Positions 46,393 through 55,100 of a DNA stretch of 64,000 nt are shown here, in pieces. Source of the DNA: a virus. A program made the translations under genes and the position numbers. Location: positions 6,036 through 70,035 of the IMG/VR virus record IMGVR_UViG_3300044712_000429, one strand, 5' to 3'. Under the pieces are notes generated by a model. It was not told where the DNA came from, made no database searches, and saw only the letters and a program-made list of their open reading frames with translations. Within the stretch, counting starts at the first letter, position 1. Each line of letters opens with the position of its first letter.

Positions 46393-46809
46393 CTACCTCG
46401 TTGTGGTCTGCGTGATCCACTGAGCGATAGCCTTGCGAGGCACAAGACGATCTCTGAATTGCTGAGCCGAGAATTCCAACTCCCATTCTTGGTCACGCAG
46501 GATAATGCCGCCATCCGGACAGCCAATTACCACTGCTACCGTCCGCTCCAAGCTGTGCTTGAAGTCCTCGTGATGCTCATTGATCCACTTCGCCTGGAGA
46601 GGTGAGAGCAGTTCCATAGGCTTCACGATTGCCCTTTGCGGCGTCTTGGGCAGGAACTTGTACTCCACCCACAGGTCACCCTTCGAACCACTGTAGTAGT
46701 CGTCGGGTGTTCCCGAGGTGTATTGATTGCTCATCTTCTCGTGTTTGAACCGTGGAGGCAGGTGCTTGTGCACACCGGAGCGAAACGTGTTTTCAGGCTT
46801 GACGGCCAT
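46393..46809 (-). CDS. VRR-NUC/Holliday-junction-resolvase-like nuclease
   Basis: E..F; G.PD...WVEYK; LS.LQ..W. Confidence 0.8.
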   Translation of the reverse strand: MAVKPENTFRSGVHKHLPPRFKHEKMSNQYTSGTPDDYYSGSKGDLWVEYKFLPKTPQRAIVKPMELLSPLQAKWINEHHEDFKHSLERTVAVVIGCPDGGIILRDQEWELEFSAQQFRDRLVPRKAIAQWITQTTTR

Positions 46810-47381
46810 TACGACTCCGATGCAGTCTGAGTAGACTTTATCACGAGAGATTCGCGTTGTTTCAGAAGCTCATGCAAATATCCTTGCACGTTGAAGAGCA
46901 GGGCGCAGAGGTCTTCCTCCATGTTCTGACCGGCCATCGCGTCGTTGACCCTGAAGCCACGGTGACGCTTCCACCAGTGCAGGAAGTGGCGCCAGCCACC
47001 CTTCATGTAGGTGGAGAGCGGCAGACCCTTCTGCCAGTTATCAGAGTCCCTGATAGAGCCATCAGTTTGCTTGCGGTGCGCGTTCATGTACTCGCAGAAC
47101 CGCTCGAACACGAGGGGTGAAAAGAACCCCTCGGGATCGTAGCGACCTACGTCGGGTGAGCGCGTCGCGCCGGTCTCGAACTGGCGAACGGTTTCGGGTA
47201 GAAGGTTTGTGCGCCACATCATGATGTCGCTGACCCCATCCACCGTTTCCCACTTGAAGTCGCTGATCGGGCCTGTAGCCTTCAAACCGCTACGAAGTTG
47301 CACTTCGACTCGGGTATCGGAATCGAGCATTCGTGGTGGACACCCTTCATTGAGGAACCAGCCATCCCTCACGCTGCCCAT
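46809..47381 (-). CDS. dATP/dGTP diphosphohydrolase (DUF5664-like) with extra N-terminal domain
   Basis: RQFETGATR; DNWQKG.P...Y.....RH; ED.CA..FN; AAGGAG RBS before ATG 47381. Confidence 0.75.
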   Translation of the reverse strand: MGSVRDGWFLNEGCPPRMLDSDTRVEVQLRSGLKATGPISDFKWETVDGVSDIMMWRTNLLPETVRQFETGATRSPDVGRYDPEGFFSPLVFERFCEYMNAHRKQTDGSIRDSDNWQKGLPLSTYMKGGWRHFLHWWKRHRGFRVNDAMAGQNMEEDLCALLFNVQGYLHELLKQRESLVIKSTQTASES

Positions 47382-47911
47382 CGCACGGCTCCTTCGTCGG
47401 CGAAGATTTTCTGCAGCGTCTTGGCCTGGGAGATCGCGTCGGCCAGTGCGCTGTGGGCGATGGTCGGCTTCACCGACATCTTTTTCCACTTGTCGCGGCC
47501 CACCATGTTCTTGATGGTACGCATGTCCATCTCGTTGTAGAAGGCCCACGGCGCTTGCACACCGAACTTCGCGTACAGGCCGGTGAGGATCGGGAAGTCG
47601 AAGCTCGCGCCGTTGCACCAGACGCGCTTATTCTGCCAGTTGAAGGCTTCGGTCAGCTCGTTCAGTGCCTGACCCAATGGCAGGGCTTTGTTGGCTGTTA
47701 GAGCCTCCTGTGCTTTCTTGGACTGGTCAAGCCACCACATCACGGTGTCTGCGTCCATGTGACACCCGCAGGCTTGCGAATCGCGGGGGTCGATACTGAC
47801 TTCAAATTCCTTGATGATGCGCGTGGAGTCGAACTCGACGGCACCGATGGTCAAGACGATGCATCCAGCGGTCTTGCCCAGTGTTTCTGTGTCGAACATG
47901 ATGTCAGACAT
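47369..47911 (-). CDS. DEDDh 3'-5' exonuclease (DUF5051-like)
   Basis: MFDTETLG, TV.WW, WCNGASFD, D.RT, HSALADA. Confidence 0.9.
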   Translation of the reverse strand: MSDIMFDTETLGKTAGCIVLTIGAVEFDSTRIIKEFEVSIDPRDSQACGCHMDADTVMWWLDQSKKAQEALTANKALPLGQALNELTEAFNWQNKRVWCNGASFDFPILTGLYAKFGVQAPWAFYNEMDMRTIKNMVGRDKWKKMSVKPTIAHSALADAISQAKTLQKIFADEGAVRWAA

Positions 47912-48063
47912 TGCGTGCTGCTCCTTCGTTGTTATTGTTACGGGGACTTCAGATAGGCGCGGACTATTTGAAACCTCGACATTTGCTATCTGAAGGCTCT
48001 CATAAGAGAGTTTAGAAAATGTCAGAGTGTGTTCGTTTACGACAAACAGGTAAACAAACTGAA

Positions 48064-48093
48064 TATTCCCCCATCCCTAAAGATGGGGGAATA
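48064..48093 (-). terminator. Intrinsic terminator
   Basis: TATTCCCCCATC-6nt-GATGGGGGAATA 12-bp stem, followed on - strand by TTCAGTTTGTTT. Confidence 0.75.
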
Positions 48094-48111
48094 CTTCCCG
48101 CCCTGGCCTTG

Positions 48112-48375
48112 TTAGGCGACGCCGACCGGCGCGGTCAGGCTGGCGAGCTTGGCGTTCAGACCGGCAAGGGTCTTCTCGACAGCGGCCTTGGCCTTGTTGA
48201 CGGTCTTGAGGGTGCCAGCGTGCGCCTTGGTGGCGGCGCTGAGAGCCTTGTCGGCTTCCTTGATCTTGGCGGTTTCGGCAGCGACTGCGGCCTTGGCGTT
48301 CTTGATTTCGGACTTCAGGGTGGCAACAGCGGCCTTCTTGTCAGCGGCGCTGAGAACTGCGGATTGACGTGCCAT
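48112..48375 (-). CDS. Lys/Ala-rich basic protein
   Basis: AAGGAG RBS; histone-like/coiled-coil composition. Confidence 0.7.
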   Translation of the reverse strand: MARQSAVLSAADKKAAVATLKSEIKNAKAAVAAETAKIKEADKALSAATKAHAGTLKTVNKAKAAVEKTLAGLNAKLASLTAPVGVA

Positions 48376-48583
48376 GATGGTACTTCTCCTTGAGGATTTG
48401 AAGATATGAATGCCGATGAAGCTCGGCGGCTTTCTGGATCAATTTGTCGAGGATCACTCCCCGGCGTCGACTACCAGCTTCGACTTCCAACGCGTACATG
48501 ACCTCCTCCTCGGTCAACTCGCCTAGAACCTTGGCGAGTGACCGGGAGGATTTCAGTGCTTGGCGGATGTGCCAATCACGCAC
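48341..48583 (-). CDS. Hypothetical protein
   Basis: GTG start; LTEEEV..AL..E....RR....KL. Confidence 0.55.
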   Translation of the reverse strand: MRDWHIRQALKSSRSLAKVLGELTEEEVMYALEVEAGSRRRGVILDKLIQKAAELHRHSYLQILKEKYHHGTSIRSSQRR

Positions 48584-49421
48584 GCTTGCCAACGGACTTG
48601 GCTGCGGCCTTGCCCTGGGGCTTGGCACGCTTGGCGACGACCTTTTCCTCGAACTCGGACACGTCCGGCTCGGTCTGGAGCATCGCCATGGCGTCGTCAC
48701 GCAACATCATGACTTCGGCCAGTTGCTTGTCGTTCAGCTCGATGGCGTCACCGCAACGTACCGAGCTGTAGTCGCTCTCGGCAAAGGTGAATTCGGTCAT
48801 GACGCCGAACGGGGGCTTGTTGAAAGCCATCGCCACATCACGCACGTATTCACCGAACGGCTTGAGCGCCGTCGAGGACAGGGACATTGGGCGAACTTCG
48901 CCGTCAGCACACAGGATCGCCAGCTTGATACCGTTCTTGCAGGCTTTCCCGTTACCCTTGGCGGCGCTCTTCCATTGGTTGGCCCAACAGTTGGCACACG
49001 CCATGCCGCCGTCTTCCGGCTGCGGGTCGGGGGAGTTCTCGCTGCGCATCAATTCGTCGTTTTTGACGACGCCGATGGCGAAGCAGTTCGGCGGGACGAT
49101 GTTGTCCTTGTCGAAGTCTCCCTCGTAGTACGCGTTGGTCGAAACGAACCCAACGATGACACCCTTGAAGCTGTCGACCTTGGTCTCGTCGGGGAAGCGG
49201 AACTGCTTCGACTGCGTGACCTGGATCGCCTTGCCGGTAGGTGCGGCCAGCCTCGTGCCGAGAGCCGCGACTTCTGCGGCCATCTGCTCCTGGTAGTTCG
49301 TGGGAAGCTGAGCGTTCGCACGGGCCAGGGAGGTGGAGCTGGATTTTGCTGCATTGGCTGCTTTCGCTGCCTTCACGGTTTCGGGGGTCACCGTGACCTT
49401 TCCTTTCGGCTTCACAGCCAT
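48576..49421 (-). CDS. Putative ssDNA-binding/annealing protein
   Basis: N.YYEG.FD.....PP.CFA; C..C..N.W.SA..G.GKACKN motif; in replication cluster. Confidence 0.6.
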   Translation of the reverse strand: MAVKPKGKVTVTPETVKAAKAANAAKSSSTSLARANAQLPTNYQEQMAAEVAALGTRLAAPTGKAIQVTQSKQFRFPDETKVDSFKGVIVGFVSTNAYYEGDFDKDNIVPPNCFAIGVVKNDELMRSENSPDPQPEDGGMACANCWANQWKSAAKGNGKACKNGIKLAILCADGEVRPMSLSSTALKPFGEYVRDVAMAFNKPPFGVMTEFTFAESDYSSVRCGDAIELNDKQLAEVMMLRDDAMAMLQTEPDVSEFEEKVVAKRAKPQGKAAAKSVGKRA

Positions 49422-49452
49422 GGTATTGCTCCTTAGTTGGTTTGGATGAAAA

Positions 49453-49863
49453 CTACGCGACGCTCGTGTGGTTGATGCCGCGTTTGGTGAAGGCTTCCGT
49501 ACCGGGTAGGTCGGTGCCTTTCAACTCCCTCGCTTCGCGCCAAGCCGGTGTGGTCAGCGGTTGCGCAAGGAACAGGTGCCAGAGCTTGTTGCGCGAGATG
49601 TGCGCGACCAGCTTGGCGATGTCGGTGATCTTGGGGACAGCCACTTCGGAGACTGTCAGAGTGGCGTGCTTGGAGCCACCCTTGGTTTGCTTCGTGGCGT
49701 CGAGCATGTCGAGCGCCTTGATGGCCAGCTCGTCGTACTCATCCTTGAGCGGCTTGTCCTGTGCAGCCAGCACTTTGCGCTGCTTACGCAGCTCTTCCAT
49801 GCGCTCGGCGATGTCGCCGATGGTCTCGTAGGTGGGAACGACTTTCAATGCGGCTTTCGCCAT
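49453..49863 (-). CDS. Conserved replication-cluster protein
   Basis: AAGGAG RBS; coiled coil followed by PG.E.F motif. Confidence 0.65.
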   Translation of the reverse strand: MAKAALKVVPTYETIGDIAERMEELRKQRKVLAAQDKPLKDEYDELAIKALDMLDATKQTKGGSKHATLTVSEVAVPKITDIAKLVAHISRNKLWHLFLAQPLTTPAWREARELKGTDLPGTEAFTKRGINHTSVA

Positions 49864-49929
49864 GGTCTTGCTCCTTGTGTGAACGAATCTTAGCACACTC
49901 TGTGAGAGATTATCAGAGCGGTGCGTAAA

Positions 49930-51903
49930 CTATTTTTGAGGCACTCCACAGTCAGCCATGATCGCCTTCGCCTCGGCGATATACCAGGCGTAGTTCAAAT
50001 CCTTGGGCAGCTTGTCCGGCAGTTCCATGCAGAGCTTCGCACCCTCGGTCTTCGGCACCTTGTTGCCCGAGCCGACGTAGGTGATCGCTGGCATGGTCTT
50101 GGTGGTCATGTACCAGCGTGCCACGCGGCCAAAGGAGGTGCCTCCTTGACCCACTTCCCGGGGCGCAGGGCGGCTCTTGCGCTTCTCGGGCTTGCTGGTT
50201 CTGCCCGGATATGTCCAGCCGCCTTCCACGGCCTCCCAATCGTCTACTAGCACCGTCTTGGTGTGCTGGATACCACCACCCTTGACGTTGCGGATTGCCA
50301 CGAACTTGCGCATGTCGATGCACTTCATGATTGAGGTCTCGACAGCCAGCCCCGTGGAGAGGTACTCGGCCACGGCATCCGAGCAGACCTCCATGGTGGG
50401 GTTCTTCATCTCCTGCACTCCGGCCACCGCGTACAGTCCTTTGCGCTTTACCTTGGCCTTGCCAGCCGGAACGATGTGCACACCTTTGGGGTCGATGAGG
50501 GTGGCTTCGCGTGCCGGTGACACGGCGTAGTAGTTGTTCACGTCCTTTGCGGCGTACTTCACATAGGGGGTTTCTTCGTACTCGAACCCTGTTCTCTTCG
50601 AATTCTTCGCAAAAACTGCCAATACCTTGTCTCGTACTGAAGCCGGGTAATGAACGAGGACGCCGTCCGTGTTAGCCGAGCGCACCTTGACGCCACGTAT
50701 CTTTTCAAGCTCATGTATGAGGCAAAGCAGATTGAGCTGACCAGTAATAGTGACAGCAAGCAGAAGATCGGGACTATAGAAAGAGCAATAAATATTGCCC
50801 AACTTACCGAATGTGCCGTTGAGTGTAATCTTGAGACTGTTGGCGACTTTCTTGTTCCCGCTGCGTTTCGCTTCCATGCGCTGATCATAGATTTCCCTGT
50901 ACGTTGCCATGAACAACTCACCCTTGTTCCCGCCCAGGCGAGGAACCAGACCGGCCTTCATCATGATGTTGGGGTAGTACGAAGCCACGTCAAAGTCCGA
51001 CAGCAGCATGCCGTCACCTTCTTCAACGTACATCTGCACGTCGTGTGTGCTGTGCAGGCCACCGACGCCCATCTGGTAGGTGCCGTCGTTGATACGGAAC
51101 GGCTCTTCGAGAAAGCTCGGCACCTCGGGCTGACCGTTCATGCGGTTCAGCTTGAAGTGATGATCGTTGAGGAACTCGATGACTTCGTTGATCGCCGGGG
51201 ATTTGGTGACGATGAAGTCCGGCGCGGTATAGCGCACATAGCTCGGCACGAACTTGTCGCTGCTGCGAATGTTGCAGGCGTTCTTCAGGATCGCTTCGGC
51301 AATCTGTGCGTCAGACTTCGAGCGCAAGTCAATGCCGTACTCTTCGGTGAGCTGGTCACGCAGTTCGCGCTCGACGCTCATTTGCACGAAGAGCATCTCG
51401 GTGACATCAAGGTCATTGCCGCAGTAAATCTCGCACTGCTTCATCTGCGCCGGGGTCAGGTCGGTGTCGTGATGGAACGGCATGTCCATCATGGTCTTGG
51501 CACCCATGCGACCAGCGTACGTCTTCAGGCTGATCATGACGCCCGGGGCGACGTTGATGAGGTCGATGTGGTCGTACTCCATGAACTCGATCTCGCAGTC
51601 CCGGTAGGTCTGCCAGGACATCATCTGGTTCTCGATGATCGTCTGCGCCAGCGTCTTCAGATCGTCGACAGTGCAGCCCTGATAGGCAGCAGCAACGATC
51701 GGTCGGTCGAAGTTCTCGCTGTTGAAGCCCACCCACGTGTACATGGGGTTCATCAGCAGCGCATGCAGCTTTTTCATGTCCCCACGCTTGTGGAACCAGA
51801 AGAACTGCTTGGTCTTCAGCTCATGATTTTTTACGCCGACGAGGAACACTGGTTTTTTGTTGCCGATGATTTCCGTGTCGAAGATCAGGTGTTGTCTGTT
51901 CAA
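49930..51903 (-). CDS. Family B DNA polymerase
   Basis: Exo motifs FDTE, GFNS..FD, YC.ND; polymerase motifs DVASYYP, KITLNGTFGK, NTDG. Confidence 0.92.
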   Translation of the reverse strand: MNRQHLIFDTEIIGNKKPVFLVGVKNHELKTKQFFWFHKRGDMKKLHALLMNPMYTWVGFNSENFDRPIVAAAYQGCTVDDLKTLAQTIIENQMMSWQTYRDCEIEFMEYDHIDLINVAPGVMISLKTYAGRMGAKTMMDMPFHHDTDLTPAQMKQCEIYCGNDLDVTEMLFVQMSVERELRDQLTEEYGIDLRSKSDAQIAEAILKNACNIRSSDKFVPSYVRYTAPDFIVTKSPAINEVIEFLNDHHFKLNRMNGQPEVPSFLEEPFRINDGTYQMGVGGLHSTHDVQMYVEEGDGMLLSDFDVASYYPNIMMKAGLVPRLGGNKGELFMATYREIYDQRMEAKRSGNKKVANSLKITLNGTFGKLGNIYCSFYSPDLLLAVTITGQLNLLCLIHELEKIRGVKVRSANTDGVLVHYPASVRDKVLAVFAKNSKRTGFEYEETPYVKYAAKDVNNYYAVSPAREATLIDPKGVHIVPAGKAKVKRKGLYAVAGVQEMKNPTMEVCSDAVAEYLSTGLAVETSIMKCIDMRKFVAIRNVKGGGIQHTKTVLVDDWEAVEGGWTYPGRTSKPEKRKSRPAPREVGQGGTSFGRVARWYMTTKTMPAITYVGSGNKVPKTEGAKLCMELPDKLPKDLNYAWYIAEAKAIMADCGVPQK

Positions 51904-52081
51904 GGTTGTTCACCACTTTGAAAGGGTCGATGCATTCGTGAAGGACGAAGCCTTCGAAGAGTCGCCAGCCAGCCGGGGTTTGCTCCCAACGCAACCCGGG
52001 CTTGTTGCAGTATTTGCAGCCGGATTGATGGGGTTCCTCCTCATCGTCCGGCTCAAGCGGGAGATAGTCTTCAGCCGCCAT
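51821..52081 (-). CDS. Small zinc-binding protein
   Basis: CKYC...L.W......W.L......H.C. Confidence 0.55.
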   Translation of the reverse strand: MAAEDYLPLEPDDEEEPHQSGCKYCNKPGLRWEQTPAGWRLFEGFVLHECIDPFKVVNNLEQTTPDLRHGNHRQQKTSVPRRRKKS

Positions 52082-52412
52082 GTTTAGCCTCTTCCTTTTC
52101 CCAGTACTCGATCATCCACGTCACCCATGCCACACGAGTGGCGCGCATCTTGGCGTAAAACTCTTTTTCCGCCTTTTGATAGTCTCCGTACTGTTCATAG
52201 TCGAGTGAATTCGGAGCTTTGATTCCGTGCATGCAATCAAGCCATGTATCGAGCGGGTAATAGTGACACTGCGTCCCCATCAACCCTGTGACCCAAAGAC
52301 GCAAGGGATGTTCACGATTATTTGTGATTTCAGAAATCGTGCAGCAGACAAATAGCGACTGATGATTTTCGATTTTGGTGCGAACAGCACGGAGAATTTC
52401 GGAATACTTCAT
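52071..52412 (-). CDS. Hypothetical protein
   Basis: ATGA overlap with helicase stop; lower GC. Confidence 0.6.
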   Translation of the reverse strand: MKYSEILRAVRTKIENHQSLFVCCTISEITNNREHPLRLWVTGLMGTQCHYYPLDTWLDCMHGIKAPNSLDYEQYGDYQKAEKEFYAKMRATRVAWVTWMIEYWEKEEAKHGG

Positions 52413-53785
52413 GTCATCCCCAGGTAAGCGAGTAGGTTGTTCTGACGCACGTCCTTGGCCTGACACGAGCGCCACACTTGCTCGTCAATCGTGCCGCGTG
52501 CAATGACCATGATGGTCTCCGTCTTCAGCGTCTGCGTGATTCGGTAGATACGCTTATACGCTTGCAGAAAATGCTCAAGATTCGGAGTCGGGCTGGCGAA
52601 AATAGTGGTCGTCCCTCGGGTGAGAGTAAGACCGTGTCCTGCCGATTGAGGATGCGCAAAAAGAACCTTGTACTTGCCCTGTTGGTAGGCCCGAACAATC
52701 TCTTCACGTTCACCCTTACCCGTCGTTTCACCATCAATGACCGCATAGCTCCACCCTCGTTCCTTGGCTTGCTTGAGTAGTTCGTCACGCTGGTGACGCC
52801 AGTTGAAGAAGACGATGCTGTGCTTGCGAGCGTCGATTAGATCGGCGATCAGCTCATATCTGCCGGTGTCCAGCAGAGCATAGTCTTCGTCGTCAGAGTA
52901 CGACGCGCCTGAAGCGCACTGCAGCAGCTTCCCGTACAGCACCGCGCCGTTGATGGCGGTGATGCTGGTCTTCTGTTGCTTGAGCAACAGGAAGCCGTCA
53001 TTCTTGAGCTTCTGGTACTTCGCCATGTGCTTCGGCGCCAGATCGTAATAGACCGGATACTGGTGGTTCGGCGGGATGTCTACGCATTCTTCGAACACGT
53101 TACGGATCACCATGTCGCCGATAAGCGCACCGACTACAGGCTCGATCCCGGGCTTGTCGATCCATTCGAAGAAATTCGTGGGCTTGCCGCGATCATCGAG
53201 CTTGCGTTCGTAGTTGCACACCGCCGAGCGGAAGTGGAAGAACGACTCGCCGAGCTTGGCCCCGTCATCGAGCACCAGCATCTGGTGGTGAATGTCACAG
53301 ATGCCGTTCGAGGTCGGTGTGCCAGTTAGCAGGCGACGAATCTCGAAGTGCTTCTTGATCTTGTCTACCGCTTTGCTGCGAGCGGAGGTGCGATGCTTGA
53401 CGGAGGTGGATTCGTCAATGATGAGGTGTTCGAAGCGTTCGAAGAACTTCGGCTTTTGCTTCGCCAGCCAAACCGCCGCATCGATGTTTGTGACGTAGGC
53501 ATCGGCGTCCACAGCGAAGGCTTCTTCACGATTTTCTGCATACGCGAGACTCACTTTCATGTCAGGCGCGAAGGTGGCGAAGTCGTCGCCCCAGGCGCTG
53601 CGGATCAGAGACTTCGGACAGAGGACAAGTACACAACCCCCACCCTTGCGACGACGCGTGGCGAAGTCAGTGACATGCACGGGCGTCTTGCCGGTTCCGG
53701 CATCAGAAGTGTCGAAGACCCGGGGGCGCGGTTTAAGGAACGCGACCGAGGCTTTCTGGTGCTTGAACAGGGTGGGGGTTGCCAT
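52409..53785 (-). CDS. SNF2-type superfamily 2 helicase
   Basis: GTGKT, IIDES, LLTGTP, SAGHGLTL, QA..RI.R. Confidence 0.93.
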   Translation of the reverse strand: MATPTLFKHQKASVAFLKPRPRVFDTSDAGTGKTPVHVTDFATRRRKGGGCVLVLCPKSLIRSAWGDDFATFAPDMKVSLAYAENREEAFAVDADAYVTNIDAAVWLAKQKPKFFERFEHLIIDESTSVKHRTSARSKAVDKIKKHFEIRRLLTGTPTSNGICDIHHQMLVLDDGAKLGESFFHFRSAVCNYERKLDDRGKPTNFFEWIDKPGIEPVVGALIGDMVIRNVFEECVDIPPNHQYPVYYDLAPKHMAKYQKLKNDGFLLLKQQKTSITAINGAVLYGKLLQCASGASYSDDEDYALLDTGRYELIADLIDARKHSIVFFNWRHQRDELLKQAKERGWSYAVIDGETTGKGEREEIVRAYQQGKYKVLFAHPQSAGHGLTLTRGTTTIFASPTPNLEHFLQAYKRIYRITQTLKTETIMVIARGTIDEQVWRSCQAKDVRQNNLLAYLGMT

Positions 53786-53931
53786 TGCTTTCATCCTTTT
53801 TGAATAAGTCCCGCTTACCCATCGTACGGGGACACCGTGATGCTCTCTGCTCAAACGGCTGTGCACAAACCTTCGCTAGAGTTGACAGGTGTCGGGTGCC
53901 GATTGCTTACGTCCATCGGTGACGACGTTCT

Positions 53932-54702
53932 TTACTGACCTTTCCGTCGAACAGGTATCTCACCCTTGCGGCGCACGGGTGCGCTCTTGTAGGCGAACTC
54001 GCAGATGCCTTCCTTGTATGGACACCACTTGCAGGCGAAGTCCGAAGGCGAGGGCGGGAACTCGGTGGCTTCGGTCATCTTGAGACCACGGTTGTTGAAC
54101 ATCTTCAGGTGATAGAGCCATTTACTCACCGGCTTGCTCACCGAAGTGAAGTTCTTGCTACCGTCATCACCCGGAGACTGGTCGAGGTAATACAGCTCGG
54201 TGTCGACTGTCTGTACTTCGGGATGACGGATCGCACCGCACAGGCCGTAGAGCATGGTCTGCTCACCGTGCTTGATTTCGTTACCGTCCTTGCGACCGCT
54301 CTTGTAGTCCACGACGATGAGGTGGCTCTTCGTGCGCAGATAGCTCACGTCGAGCTTCACGCGCAGCCATGCGGTCTTGTAGTCGCACGGTTGCCAGTGA
54401 CGGTCGAAGCCCCACTCACCTTCGAGCGAGACCTTACCGGCCTCGTACTCGCGCTTGATGGCGTTGATCTCAAGCTCGAAGCGATGCGCTTCCTGGGGGA
54501 ACTTCCCCGCACCCTTGATGTAGTTCTCCAGCTCAAGGTGGATGCGCGTGCCACGGTCGTTGGCATGCTCGGTCTTGCCCGGGGGCAGGGGACGATCCGG
54601 CTCAGGAATCTTGTCGATGATCTTGAGCTTCGAGCGGTAGCGACACAGCTCGAATTCGGCAAGGCGCGAGTACGACCAGCTCTTGATGAGGGGCTTGGAC
54701 AT
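53932..54702 (-). CDS. PD-(D/E)XK RecB/Cas4-like exonuclease
   Basis: WSYSRL, GT.IH, KLD, VDYKSG, Q..LY, CKWCPY. Confidence 0.88.
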   Translation of the reverse strand: MSKPLIKSWSYSRLAEFELCRYRSKLKIIDKIPEPDRPLPPGKTEHANDRGTRIHLELENYIKGAGKFPQEAHRFELEINAIKREYEAGKVSLEGEWGFDRHWQPCDYKTAWLRVKLDVSYLRTKSHLIVVDYKSGRKDGNEIKHGEQTMLYGLCGAIRHPEVQTVDTELYYLDQSPGDDGSKNFTSVSKPVSKWLYHLKMFNNRGLKMTEATEFPPSPSDFACKWCPYKEGICEFAYKSAPVRRKGEIPVRRKGQ

Positions 54703-55091
54703 TACAGCGCCTTGAGTTCGGCTTCCAGCTCTTCGAGGGACTTGGCCGACAGCGCCTCACCCTTCTTCTGCTCGATGATCGCCATGATGTTCTGCTTGCG
54801 CTCCTTGTTGGCCGCAGCCAGGGCAGCAGCATCACGCTCGGTGACACGGACGGCGATGACATCTCTGACGATGTCGAACTTGAGCTGATCGAGGGTGTCA
54901 GAGCGTTTGACGGTGTCAACGAAGTCGACATCGGCAGCGTCCTTCAGGCGCTTGTGCAGCGCCTTGGCGATGTCGTTCAGGTTGACCCGGCCAGTGGTGC
55001 TGGACAGCGGCAGATCGAACAGGTCTTCGGTGGTGAGCTGACCCTTGGAGGTGTCGAAGCGGAGCTTCAGTTGCGCGGCTTTCTTGTACAT
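54702..55091 (-). CDS. Conserved phage hypothetical protein
   Basis: A...KLRF.T.KG.L..EDL.DLPL...LN.IA. Confidence 0.75.
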   Translation of the reverse strand: MYKKAAQLKLRFDTSKGQLTTEDLFDLPLSSTTGRVNLNDIAKALHKRLKDAADVDFVDTVKRSDTLDQLKFDIVRDVIAVRVTERDAAALAAANKERKQNIMAIIEQKKGEALSAKSLEELEAELKAL

Positions 55092-55100
55092 GGCGAGTCC

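Noticed and set aside
53932-54702. Cas4 as part of a CRISPR system
   Set aside because: Stand-alone PD-(D/E)XK nuclease in a replication cluster, with no cas1/cas2
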